DNA of 64,000 nt from Eledone cirrhosa (Eukaryota), in NCBI GenBank assembly GCA_964016885.1, contig OZ024742.1, positions 62,001 to 126,000 of the forward strand, read 5' to 3'. The translations under genes were made by a program, and so were the position numbers. Positions 24,501 through 39,500 of this stretch are shown in pieces (within the stretch, counting starts at the first letter, position 1; each line of letters opens with the position of its first letter). The notes below the pieces were generated by a model. It saw only the letters and a program-made list of their open reading frames with translations. It was not told where the DNA came from and made no database searches.

Positions 24501-27500
24501 ACATTCAACAGTAACCCCCTCATCCTAACCCTAACCCACAACGTACATTCAACAGTAACCATTCTAACCCTAACCCTAACCCTCAACGTACATTCAACAG
24601 TAACCATTCTAACCCTAACCCTAACCCTCAACGTACATTCAACAGTAACCATTCTAAGCCTAACCCTAACCCTCAACGTACTTTCAACAGTAACCATTCT
24701 AAGCCTAACCCTAACCCTCATCGTACATTCAACAGTAACCACTCTAACCCTAACCCTAACCCTCAACGTACATTCAACAGTAACCACCCTAACCCTAACC
24801 CTCAACGTACATTCAACAGTAACCCCCTCATCCTAACCCTAACACTCAACGTACATTCAACTGTAACCATTCTAACCCTCACCCTAACCCTCAACGTACA
24901 TTCAACAGTAACCAATCTAACCCTAACCCTAACCCTCAACGTACATTCAACAGTAACCACCCTAACACAAACTCTAACCCTCAACGTACATTCAACAGTA
25001 ACCACTCTAACCCTAACCCTAACCCTCATCGTACATTCAACAGTAACCACTCTAACCCTAACCCTAACCCTCAACGTACATTCAACAGTAACCACCCTAA
25101 CCCTAACCCTAACCCTCAACGTACATTCAACAGTAACCACCATAACCCTAACCCTCAACGTACATTCAACAGTAACCCCCTCATCCTAACCCTAACACTC
25201 AACGTACATTCAACTGTAACCATTCTAACCCTCACCCTAACCCTCAACGTACATTCAACAGTAACCAATCTAACCCTAACCCTAACCCTCAACGTACATT
25301 CAACAGTAACCACCCTAACACTAACTCTAACCCTCAACGTACATTCAACAGTAACCACCCTAACCCTAACCCTAACCCTAACCCTCAACGTACATTCAAC
25401 AGTAACCACCCTAACCCTAACCCTAACCCTCAACGTACATTCAACAGTAACCATCCTAACACTAACAATAACCCTAAACGTACATGCAACGGTAACCGCC
25501 ATAACCCTAACCCTAACCCTAACCTAACCCTAACCCTCAACGTACATTCAACAGTAACCACTCTAACCCTAACCCTAACCCTCAACGTACATTCAACAGT
25601 AACCACAATAACCTTAACCCTCAACGTACATTCAACAGTAACCCCCACATCCTAACCCTAACCCACAACGTACATTCAACAGTAACCATTCTAACCCTAA
25701 CCCTAACCCTCAACGTACATTCAACAGTAACCATTCTAACCCTAACCCTAACCCTCAACGTACATTCAACAGTAACCATTCTAACCCTAACCCTAACCCT
25801 CAACGTACATTCAACAGTAACCATTCTAACCCTAACCCTAACCCTCAACGTACATTCAACAGTAACCATTCTAACCCTAACCCTAACCCTCAACGTACAT
25901 TCAACAGTAACCACTCTAACCCTAACCCTAACCCTCAACGTACATTCAACAGTAACCACCCTAACCCTATCCCTAACCCTCAACGTACATTCAACAGTAA
26001 CCACCCTAACCCTAACCCTAACCCTCAACGTACATTCAACAGTAACCACCATAACCCTAACCCTCAACGTACATTCAACAGTAACCCCCTCATCCTAACC
26101 CTAACACTCAACGTACATTCAACTGTAACCATTCTAACCCTCACCCTAACCCTCAACGTACATTCAACAGTAACCAATCTAACCCTAACCCTAACCCTCA
26201 ACGTACATTCAACAGTAACCACTCTAACCCTAACCCTAACCCTAACCCTAACTTAACCCTATCACTCAACGTACATTCAACAGTAACCACCCTAACCCTT
26301 AGCCTAACCCAAACCCTCAACGTACATTCAACAGTAACCACCCTAACCCTAACCCTAACCTTAACCCTCAACGTACATTCAACAGTAACCATTCTAACCC
26401 TAACACTAACCCTCAACGTACATTCAACAGTAACCACTCTAACCCTAACCCTAACCCTCAACGTACATTCAACAGTAACCACCCTAACCCTATCCCTAAC
26501 CCTCAACGTACATTCAACAGTAACCACCCTAACCCTAACCCTAACCCTCAACGTACATTCAACAGTAACCACCATAACCCTAACCCTCAACGTACATTCA
26601 ACAGTAACCCCCTCATCCTAACCCTAACACTCAACGTACATTCAACTGTAACCATTCTAACCCTCACCCTAACCCTCAACGTACATTCAACAGTAACCAA
26701 TCTAACCCTAACCCTAACCCTCAACGTACATTCAACAGTAACCACTCTAACCCTAACCCTAACCCTAACCCTAACTTAACCCTATCACTCAACGTACATT
26801 CAACAGTAACCACCCTAACCCTTAGCCTAACCCAAACCCTCAACGTACATTCAACAGTAACCACCCTAACCCTAACCCTAACCCTAACCCTCAACGTACA
26901 TTCAACAGTAACCACAATAACCCTAACCTTAACCCTCAACGTACATTCAACAGTACCCACCCTAACCCTAACCCTCAACGTACATTCAACATTAACCACT
27001 CTAACCCTAACCCTAACACTAACCCTCAACGTACATTCAACAGTAACCACCCTAACCCTAACCCTAACCCTCAACGTACATTCAACAGTAACCACCCTAA
27101 CCCTAACCCTAACCCTCAACGTACATTCAACAGTAACCATCCTAACACTAACAATAACCCTAAACGTACATGCAACAGTAACCACCATAACCCTAACCCT
27201 AACCCTAACCTAACCCTAACCCTCAACGTACATTCAACAGTAACCACTCTAACCCTAACCCTAACCCTCAACGTACATTCAACAGTAACCAACATAACCT
27301 TAACCCTCAACGTACATTCAACAGTAACCCCCTCATCCTAACCCTAACCCACAACGTACATTCAACAGTAACCATTCTAACCTAACCCTAACCCTCAACG
27401 TACATTCAACAGTAACCACTCTAACCCTAACCCTAACCCTCAACGTACATTCAACAGTAACCAACATAACCTTAACCCTCAACGTACATTCAACAGTAAC

Positions 27501-30500
27501 CCCCTCATCCTAACCCTAACCCTCAACGTACATTCAACAGTAACCATTCTAACCCTAACCCTAACCCTCAACGTACATTCAACAGTAACCATTCTAACCC
27601 TAACCCTAACCCTCAACGTACATTCAACAGTAACCATTCTAACCCTAACCCTAACCCTCAACGTACATTCAACAGTAACCACTCTAACCCTAACCCTAAC
27701 CCTCAACGTACATTCAACAGTAACCACCCTAACCCTAACCCTAACCCTCAACGTACATTCAACAGTAACCACCCTAACCCTAACCCTAACCCTCAACGTA
27801 CATTCAACAGTAACCACCATAACCCTAACCCTCAACGTACATTCAACAGTAACCCCCTCATCCTAACCCTAACACTCAACGTACATTCAACTGTAACCAT
27901 TCTAACCCTCACACTAACCCTCAACGTACATTCAACAGTAACCAATCTAACCCTAACCCTAACCCTCAACGTACATTCAACAGTAACCACCCTAACACTA
28001 ACTCTAACCCTCAACGTACATTCAACAGTAACCACTCTAACCCTAACCCTAACCCTCAACGTACATTCAACAGTAACCACTCTAACCCTAACCCTAACCC
28101 TCAACGTACATTCAAAAGTAACCACCCTAACCCTAACCCTCAACGTACATTCAACAGTAACCACTCTAACCCTAACCCTAATCCTAACCCTCAACGTACA
28201 TTCAACAGTAACCACCCTAACCCTAACCCTCAACGTACATTCAACAGTAACCACCCTAACCCTAACCCTAACCCTCGACGTACATTCAACAGTAACCACC
28301 ATAACCCTAACCCTCAACGTACATTCAACAGTAACCCCCTCATCCTAACCCTAACCCTCAACGTACATTCAACAGTAACCATTCTAACCCTAAGCCTAAC
28401 CCTCAACGTACATTCAACAGTAACCACTCTAACCCTAACCCTAACCCTCAACGTACATTCAACAGTAACCACCCTAACCCTAACCCTAACCCTCAACGTA
28501 CATTCAACAGTAACCACCCTAACCCTAACCCTAACCCTCAACGTACATTCAACAGTAACCACCATAACCCTAACCCTCAACGTACATTCAACAGTAACCC
28601 CCTCATCCTAACCCTAACACTCAACGTACATTCAACTGTAACCCTTCTAACCCTCACCCTAACCCTCAACGTACATTCAACAGTAACCAATCTAACCCTA
28701 ACCCTAACCCTCAACGTACATTCAACAGTAACCACTCTAACCCTAACCCTAACCCTAACTTAACCCTATCACTCAACGTACATTCAACAGTAACCACCCT
28801 AACCCTTAGCCTAACCCAAACCCTCAACGTACATTCAACAGTAACCACACTAACCCTAGCCCTAACCTTAACCCTCAACGTACATTCAACAGTAACCATT
28901 CTAACCCTAACCCTAACCCTAACCCTAACCCTCAACGTACATTCAACAGTAACCACAATAACCCTAACCTTAACCCTCAACGTACATTCAACAGTACCCA
29001 CCCTAACCCTAACCCTCAACGTACATTCAACATTAACCACTCTAACACTAACCCTAACACTAACCCTCAACGTACATTCAACAGTAACCACCCTAACCCT
29101 AACCCTAACCCTCAACGTACATTCAACAGTAACCATCCTAACACTAACAATAACCCTAAACGTACATGCAACAGTAACCACCATAACCCTAACCCTAACC
29201 CTAACCTAACCCTAACCCTCAACGTACATTCAACAGTAACCACTCTAACCCTAACCCTAACCCTCAAGGTACATTCAACAGTAACCACCATAACCTTAAC
29301 ACTCAACGTACATTCAACAGTAACCCCCTCATCCTAACCCTAACCCACAACGTACATTCAACAGTAACCATTCTAACCCTAACCCTAACCCTCAACGTAC
29401 ATTCAACAGTAACCATTCTAACCCTAACCCTAACCCTCAACGTACTTTCAACAGTAACCATTCTAAGCCTAACCCTAACCCTCATCGTACATTCAACAGT
29501 AACCACTCTAACCCTAACCCTAACCCTCAACGTACATTCAACAGTAACCACCCTAACCCTAACCCTCAACGTACATTCAACAGTAACCCCCTCATCCTAA
29601 CCCTAACACTCAACGTACATTCAACTGTAACCATTCTAACCCTCACCCTAACACTCAACGTACATTCAACAGTAACCAATCTAACCCTAACCCTAACCCT
29701 CAACGTACATTCAACAGTAACCACCCTAACACAAACTCTAACCCTCAACGTACATTCAACAGTAACCACTCTAACCCTAACCCTAACCCTCATCGTACAT
29801 TCAACAGTAACCACTCTAACCCTAACCCTAACCCTCAACGTACATTCAACAGTAACCACCCTAACCCTAACCCTAACCCTCAACGTACATTCAACAGTAA
29901 CCACCCTAACCCTAACCCTAACCCTCAACGTACATTCAACAGTAACCACCATAACCCTAACCCTCAACGTACATTCAACAGTAACCCCCTCATCCTAACC
30001 CTAACACTCAACGTACATTCAACTGTAACCATTCTAACCCTCACCCTAACCCTCAACGTACATTCAACAGTAACCAATCTAACCCTAACCCTAACCCTCA
30101 ACGTACATTCAACAGTAACCACCCTAACACTAACTCTAACCCTCAACGTACATTCAACAGTAACCACTCTAACCCTAATCCTAACCCTCAACGTACATTC
30201 AACAGTAACCACTCTAACCCTAACCCTAACCCTCAACGTACATTCAAAAGTAACCACCCTAACCCTAACCCTCAACGTACATTCAACAGTAACCACTCTA
30301 ACCCTAACCCTAATCCTAACCCTCAACGTACATTCAACAGTAACCACCCTAACCCTAACCCTAACCCTCAACGTACATTCAACAGTAACCACCATAACCC
30401 TAACCCTCAACGTACATTCAACAGTAACCACCCTAACCCTAACCCTAACCCTAACCTTCAACGTAAATTCAACAGTAACCACAATAACCCTAACCTTAAC

Positions 30501-33500
30501 CCTCAACGTACATTCAACAGTACCCACCCTAACCCTAACCCTCAACGTACATTCAACATTAACCACTCTAACCCTAACCCTAACACTAACCCTCAACGTA
30601 CATTCAACAGTAACCACCCTAACCCTAACCCTAACCCTCAACGTACATTCAACAGTAACCACCCTAACCCTAACCCTAACCCTCAACGTACATTCAACAG
30701 TAACCATCCTAACACTAACAATAACCCTAAACGTACATGCAACAGTAACCACCATAACCCTAACCCTAACCCTAACCTAACCCTAACCCTCAACGTACAT
30801 TCAACAGTAACCACTCTAACCCTAACCCTAACCCTCAACGTACATTCAACAGTAACCAACATAACCTTAACCCTCAACGTACATTCAACAGTAACCCCCT
30901 CATCCTAACCCTAACCCACAACGTACATTCAACAGTAACCATTCTAACCTAACCCTAACCCTCAACGTACATTCAACAGTAACCACTCTAACCCTAACCC
31001 TAACCCTCAACGTACATTCAACAGTAACCAACATAACCTTAACCCTCAACGTACATTCAACAGTAACCCCCTCATCCTAACCCTAACCCTCAACGTACAT
31101 TCAAGAGTAACCATTCTAACCCTAACCCTAACCCTCAACGTACATTCAACAGTAACCATTCTAACCCTAACCCTAACCCTCAACGTACATTCAACAGTAA
31201 CCATTCTAACCCTAACCCTAACCCTCAACGTACATTCAACAGTAACCACTCTAACCCTAACCCTAACCCTCAACGTACATTCAACAGTAACCACCCTAAC
31301 CCTAACCCTAACCCTCAACGTACATTCAACAGTAACCACCCTAACCCTAACCCTAACCCTCAACGTACATTCAACAGTAACCACCATAACCCTAACCCTC
31401 AACGTACATTCAACAGTAACCCCCTCATCCTAACCCTAACACTCAACGTACATTCAACTGTAACCATTCTAACCCTCACCCTAACCCTCAACGTACATTC
31501 AACAGTAACCAATCTAACCCTAACCCTAACCCTCAACGTACATTCAACAGTAACCACCCTAACACTAACTCTAACCCTCAACGTACATTCAACAGTAACC
31601 ACTCTAACCCTAACCCTAACCCTCAACGTACATTCAACAGTAACCACTCTAACCCTAACCCTAACCCTCAACGTACATTCAAAAGTAACCACCCTAACCC
31701 TAACCCTCAACGTACATTCAACAGTAACCACTCTAACCCTAACCCTAATCCTAACCCTCAACGTACATTCAACAGTAACCACCCTAACCCTAACCCTCAA
31801 CGTACATTCAACAGTAACCACCCTAACCCTAACCCTAACCCTCGACGTACATTCAACAGTAACCACCATAACCCTAACCCTCAACGTACATTCAACAGTA
31901 ACCCCCTCATCCTAACCCTAACCCTCAACGTACATTCAACAGTAACCATTCTAACCCTAAGCCTAACCCTCAACGTACATTCAACAGTAACCACTCTAAC
32001 CCTAACCCTAACCCTCAACGTACATTCAACAGTAACCACCCTAACCCTAACCCTAACCCTCAACGTACATTCAACAGTAACCACCCTAACCCTAACCCTA
32101 ACCCTCAACGTACATTCAACAGTAACCACCATAACCCTAACCCTCAACGTACATTCAACAGTAACCCCCTCATCCTAACCCTAACACTCAACGTACATTC
32201 AACTGTAACCATTCTAACCCTCACCCTAACCCTCAACGTACATTCAACAGTAACCAATCTAACCCTAACCCTAACCCTAACTTAACCCTATCACTCAACG
32301 TACATTCAACAGTAACCACCCTAACCCTTAGCCTAACCCAAACCCTCAACGTACATTCAACAGTAACCACACTAACCCTAGCCCTAACCTTAACCCTCAA
32401 CGTACATTCAACAGTAACCATTCTAACCCTAACCCTAACCCTAACCCTAACCCTCAACGTACATTCAACAGTAACCACAATAACCCTAACCTTAACCCTC
32501 AACGTACATTCAACAGTACCCACCCTAACCCTAACCCTCAACGTACATTCAACATTAACCACTCTAACACTAACCCTAACACTAACCCTCAACGTACATT
32601 CAACAGTAACCACCCTAACCCTAACCCTAACCCTCAACGTACATTCAACAGTAACCATCCTAACACTAACAATAACCCTAAACGTACATGCAACAGTAAC
32701 CACCATAACCCTAACCCTAACCCTAACCTAACCCTAACCCTCAACGTACATTCAACAGTAACCACTCTAACCCTAACCCTAACCCTCAAGGTACATTCAA
32801 CAGTAACCACCATAACCTTAACACTCAACGTACATTCAACAGTAACCCCCTCATCCTAACCCTAACCCACAACGTACATTCAACAGTAACCATTCTAACC
32901 CTAACCCTAACCCTCAACGTACATTCAACAGTAACCATTCTAACCCTAACCCTAACCCTCAACGTACTTTCAACAGTAACCATTCTAAGCCTAACCCTAA
33001 CCCTCATCGTACATTCAACAGTAACCACTCTAACCCTAACCCTAACCCTCAACGTACATTCAACAGTAACCACCCTAACCCTAACCCTCAACGTACATTC
33101 AACAGTAACCCCCTCATCCTAACCCTAACACTCAACGTACATTCAACTGTAACCATTCTAACCCTCACCCTAACACTCAACGTACATTCAACAGTAACCA
33201 ATCTAACCCTAACCCTAACCCTCAACGTACATTCAACAGTAACCACCCTAACACAAACTCTAACCCTCAACGTACATTCAACAGTAACCACTCTAACCCT
33301 AACCCTAACCCTCATCGTACATTCAACAGTAACCACTCTAACCCTAACCCTAACCCTCAACGTACATTCAACAGTAACCACCCTAACCCTAACCCTAACC
33401 CTCAACGTACATTCAACAGTAACCACCCTAACCCTAACCCTAACCCTCAACGTACATTCAACAGTAACCACCATAACCCTAACCCTCAACGTACATTCAA

Positions 33501-36500
33501 CAGTAACCCCCTCATCCTAACCCTAACACTCAACGTACATTCAACTGTAACCATTCTAACCCTCACCCTAACCCTCAACGTACATTCAACAGTAACCAAT
33601 CTAACCCTAACCCTAACCCTCAACGTACATTCAACAGTAACCACCCTAACACTAACTCTAACCCTCAACGTACATTCAACAGTAACCACTCTAACCCTAA
33701 TCCTAACCCTCAACGTACATTCAACAGTAACCACTCTAACCCTAACCCTAACCCTCAACGTACATTCAAAAGTAACCACCCTAACCCTAACCCTCAACGT
33801 ACATTCAACAGTAACCACTCTAACCCTAACCCTAATCCTAACCCTCAACGTACATTCAACAGTAACCACCCTAACCCTAACCCTAACCCTCAACGTACAT
33901 TCAACAGTAACCACCATAACCCTAACCCTCAACGTACATTCAACAGTAACCACCCTAACCCTAACCCTAACCCTAACCCTCAACGTAAATTCAACAGTAA
34001 CCACAATAACCCTAACCTTAACCCTCAACGTACATTCAACAGTACCCACCCTAACCCTAACCCTCAACGTACATTCAACATTAACCACTCTAACCCTAAC
34101 CCTAACACTAACCCTCAACGTACATTCAACAGTAACCACCCTAACCCTAACCCTAACCCTCAACGTACATTCAACAGTAACCACCCTAACCCTAACCCTA
34201 ACCCTCAACGTACATTCAACAGTAACCATCCTAACACTAACAATAACCCTAAACGTACATGCAACAGTAACCACCATAACCCTAACCCTAACCCTAACCT
34301 AACCCTAACCCTCAACGTACATTCAACAGTAACCACTCTAACCCTAACCCTAACCCTCAACGTACATTCAACAGTAACCAACATAACCTTAACCCTCAAC
34401 GTACATTCAACAGTAACCCCCTCATCCTAACCCTAACCCACAACGTACATTCAACAGTAACCATTCTAACCTAACCCTAACCCTCAACGTACATTCAACA
34501 GTAACCACTCTAACCCTAACCCTAACCCTCAACGTACATTCAACAGTAACCAACATAACCTTAACCCTCAACGTACATTCAACAGTAACCCCCTCATCCT
34601 AACCCTAACCCTCAACGTACATTCAAGAGTAACCATTCTAACCCTAACCCTAACCCTCAACGTACATTCAACAGTAACCATTCTAACCCTAACCCTAACC
34701 CTCAACGTACATTCAACAGTAACCATTCTAACCCTAACCCTAACCCTCAACGTACATTCAACAGTAACCACTCTAACCCTAACCCTAACCCTCAACGTAC
34801 ATTCAACAGTAACCACCCTAACCCTAACCCTAACCCTCAACGTACATTCAACAGTAACCACCCTAACCCTAACCCTAACCCTCAACGTACATTCAACAGT
34901 AACCACCATAACCCTAACCCTCAACGTACATTCAACAGTAACCCCCTCATCCTAACCCTAACACTCAACGTACATTCAACTGTAACCATTCTAACCCTCA
35001 CCCTAACCCTCAACGTACATTCAACAGTAACCAATCTAACCCTAACCCTAACCCTCAACGTACATTCAACAGTAACCACCCTAACACTAACTCTAACCCT
35101 CAACGTACATTCAACAGTAACCACTCTAACCCTAACCCTAACCCTCAACGTACATTCAACAGTAACCACTCTAACCCTAACCCTAACCCTCAACGTACAT
35201 TCAAAAGTAACCACCCTAACCCTAACCCTCAACGTACATTCAACAGTAACCACTCTAACCCTAACCCTAATCCTAACCCTCAACGTACATTCAACAGTAA
35301 CCACCCTAACCCTAACCCTCAACGTACATTCAACAGTAACCACCCTAACCCTAACCCTAACCCTCGACGTACATTCAACAGTAACCACCATAACCCTAAC
35401 CCTCAACGTACATTCAACAGTAACCCCCTCATCCTAACCCTAACCCTCAACGTACATTCAACAGTAACCATTCTAACCCTAAGCCTAACCCTCAACGTAC
35501 ATTCAACAGTAACCACTCTAACCCTAACCCTAACCCTCAACGTACATTCAACAGTAACCACCCTAACCCTAACCCTAACCCTCAACGTACATTCAACAGT
35601 AACCACCCTAACCCTAACCCTAACCCTCAACGTACATTCAACAGTAACCACCATAACCCTAACCCTCAACGTACATTCAACAGTAACCCCCTCATCCTAA
35701 CCCTAACACTCAACGTACATTCAACTGTAACCATTCTAACCCTCACCCTAACCCTCAACGTACATTCAACAGTAACCAATCTAACCCTAACCCTAACCCT
35801 CAACGTACATTCAACAGTAACCACTCTAACCCTAACCCTAACCCTAACTTAACCCTATCACTCAACGTACATTCAACAGTAACCACCCTAACCCTTAGCC
35901 TAACCCAAACCCTCAACGTACATTCAACAGTAACCACACTAACCCTAGCCCTAACCTTAACCCTCAACGTACATTCAACAGTAACCATTCTAACCCTAAC
36001 CCTAACCCTAACCCTAACCCTCAACGTACATTCAACAGTAACCACAATAACCCTAACCTTAACCCTCAACGTACATTCAACAGTACCCACCCTAACCCTA
36101 ACCCTCAACGTACATTCAACATTAACCACTCTAACACTAACCCTAACACTAACCCTCAACGTACATTCAACAGTAACCACCCTAACCCTAACCCTAACAC
36201 TCAACGTACATTCAACAGTAACCATCCTAACACTAACAATAACCCTAAACGTACATGCAACAGTAACCACCATAACCCTAACCCTAACCCTAACCTAACC
36301 CTAACCCTCAACGTACATTCAACAGTAACCACTCTAACCCTAACCCTAACCCTCAAGGTACATTCAACAGTAACCACCATAACCTTAACACTCAACGTAC
36401 ATTCAACAGTAACCCCCTCATCCTAACCCTAACCCACAACGTACATTCAACAGTAACCATTCTAACCCTAACCCTAACCCTCAACGTACATTCAACAGTA

Positions 36501-39500
36501 ACCATTCTAACCCTAACCCTAACCCTCAACGTACTTTCAACAGTAACCATTCTAAGCCTAACCCTAACCCTCATCGTACATTCAACAGTAACCACTCTAA
36601 CCCTAACCCTAACCCTCAACGTACATTCAACAGTAACCACCCTAACCCTAACCCTCAACGTACATTCAACAGTAACCCCCTCATCCTAACCCTAACACTC
36701 AACGTACATTCAACTGTAACCATTCTAACCCTCACCCTAACACTCAACGTACATTCAACAGTAACCAATCTAACCCTAACCCTAACCCTCAACGTACATT
36801 CAACAGTAACCACCCTAACACAAACTCTAACCCTCAACGTACATTCAACAGTAACCACTCTAACCCTAACCCTAACCCTCATCGTACATTCAACAGTAAC
36901 CACTCTAACCCTAACCCTAACCCTCAACGTACATTCAACAGTAACCACCCTAACCCTAACCCTAACCCTCAACGTACATTCAACAGTAACCACCCTAACC
37001 CTAACCCTAACCCTCAACGTACATTCAACAGTAACCACCATAACCCTAACCCTCAACGTACATTCAACAGTAACCCCCTCATCCTAACCCTAACACTCAA
37101 CGTACATTCAACTGTAACCATTCTAACCCTCACCCTAACCCTCAACGTACATTCAACAGTAACCAATCTAACCCTAACCCTAACCCTCAACGTACATTCA
37201 ACAGTAACCACCCTAACACTAACTCTAACCCTCAACGTACATTCAACAGTAACCACTCTAACCCTAATCCTAACCCTCAACGTACATTCAACAGTAACCA
37301 CTCTAACCCTAACCCTAACCCTCAACGTACATTCAAAAGTAACCACCCTAACCCTAACCCTCAACGTACATTCAACAGTAACCACTCTAACCCTAACCCT
37401 AATCCTAACCCTCAACGTACATTCAACAGTAACCACCCTAACCCTAACCCTAACCCTCAACGTACATTCAACAGTAACCACCATAACCCTAACCCTCAAC
37501 GTACATTCAACAGTAACCACCCTAACCCTAACCCTAACCCTAACCCTCAACGTAAATTCAACAGTAACCACAATAACCCTAACCTTAACCCTCAACGTAC
37601 ATTCAACAGTACCCACCCTAACCCTAACCCTCAACGTACATTCAACATTAACCACTCTAACCCTAACCCTAACACTAACCCTCAACGTACATTCAACAGT
37701 AACCACCCTAACCCTAACCCTAACCCTCAACGTACATTCAACAGTAACCACCCTAACCCTAACCCTAACCCTCAACGTACATTCAACAGTAACCATCCTA
37801 ACACTAACAATAACCCTAAACGTACATGCAACAGTAACCACCATAAACCTAACCCTAACCCTAACCTAACCCTAACCCTCAACGTACATTCAACAGTAAC
37901 CACTCTAACCCTAACCCTAACCCTCAACGTACATTCAACAGTAACCAACATAACCTTAACCCTCAACGTACATTCAACAGTAACCCCCTCATCCTAACCC
38001 TAACCCACAACGTACATTCAACAGTAACCATTCTAACCTAACCCTAACCCTCAACGTACATTCAACAGTAACCACTCTAACCCTAACCCTAACCCTCAAC
38101 GTACATTCAACAGTAACCAACATAACCTTAACCCTCAACGTACATTCAACAGTAACCCCCTCATCCTAACCCTAACCCTCAACGTACATTCAAGAGTAAC
38201 CATTCTAACCCTAACCCTAACCCTCAACGTACATTCAACAGTAACCATTCTAACCCTAACCCTAACCCTCAACGTACATTCAACAGTAACCATTCTAACC
38301 CTAACCCTAACCCTCAACGTACATTCAACAGTAACCACTCTAACCCTAACCCTAACCCTCAACGTACATTCAACAGTAACCACCCTAACCCTAACCCTAA
38401 CCCTCAACGTACATTCAACAGTAACCACCCTAACCCTAACCCTAACCCTCAACGTACATTCAACAGTAACCACCATAACCCTAACCCTCAACGTACATTC
38501 AACAGTAACCCCCTCATCCTAACCCTAACACTCAACGTACATTCAACTGTAACCATTCTAACCCTCACCCTAACCCTCAACGTACATTCAACAGTAACCA
38601 ATCTAACCCTAACCCTAACCCTCAACGTACATTCAACAGTAACCACCCTAACACTAACTCTAACCCTCAACGTACATTCAACAGTAACCACTCTAACCCT
38701 AACCCTAACCCTCAACGTACATTCAACAGTAACCACTCTAACCCTAACCCTAACCCTCAACGTACATTCAAAAGTAACCACCCTAACCCTAACCCTCAAC
38801 GTACATTCAACAGTAACCACTCTAACCCTAACCCTAATCCTAACCCTCAACGTACATTCAACAGTAACCACCCTAACCCTAACCCTCAACGTACATTCAA
38901 CAGTAACCACCCTAACCCTAACCCTAACCCTCGACGTACATTCAACAGTAACCACCATAACCCTAACCCTCAACGTACATTCAACAGTAACCCCCTCATC
39001 CTAACCCTAACCCTCAACGTACATTCAACAGTAACCATTCTAACCCTAAGCCTAACCCTCAACGTACATTCAACAGTAACCACTCTAACCCTAACCCTAA
39101 CCCTCAACGTACATTCAACAGTAACCACCCTAACCCTAACCCTCAACGTACATTCAACAGTAACCACCCTAACCCTAACCCTAACCCTCAACGTACATTC
39201 AACAGTAACCACCATAACCCTAACCCTCAACGTACATTCAACAGTAACCCCCTCATCCTAACCCTAACACTCAACGTACATTCAACTGTAACCATTCTAA
39301 CCCTCACCCTAACCCTCAACGTACATTCAACAGTAACCAATCTAACCCTAACCCTAACCCTCAACGTACATTCAACAGTAACCACTCTAACCCTAACCCT
39401 AACCCTAACTTAACCCTATCACTCAACGTACATTCAACAGTAACCACCCTAACCCTTAGCCTAACCCAAACCCTCAACGTACATTCAACAGTAACCACCC

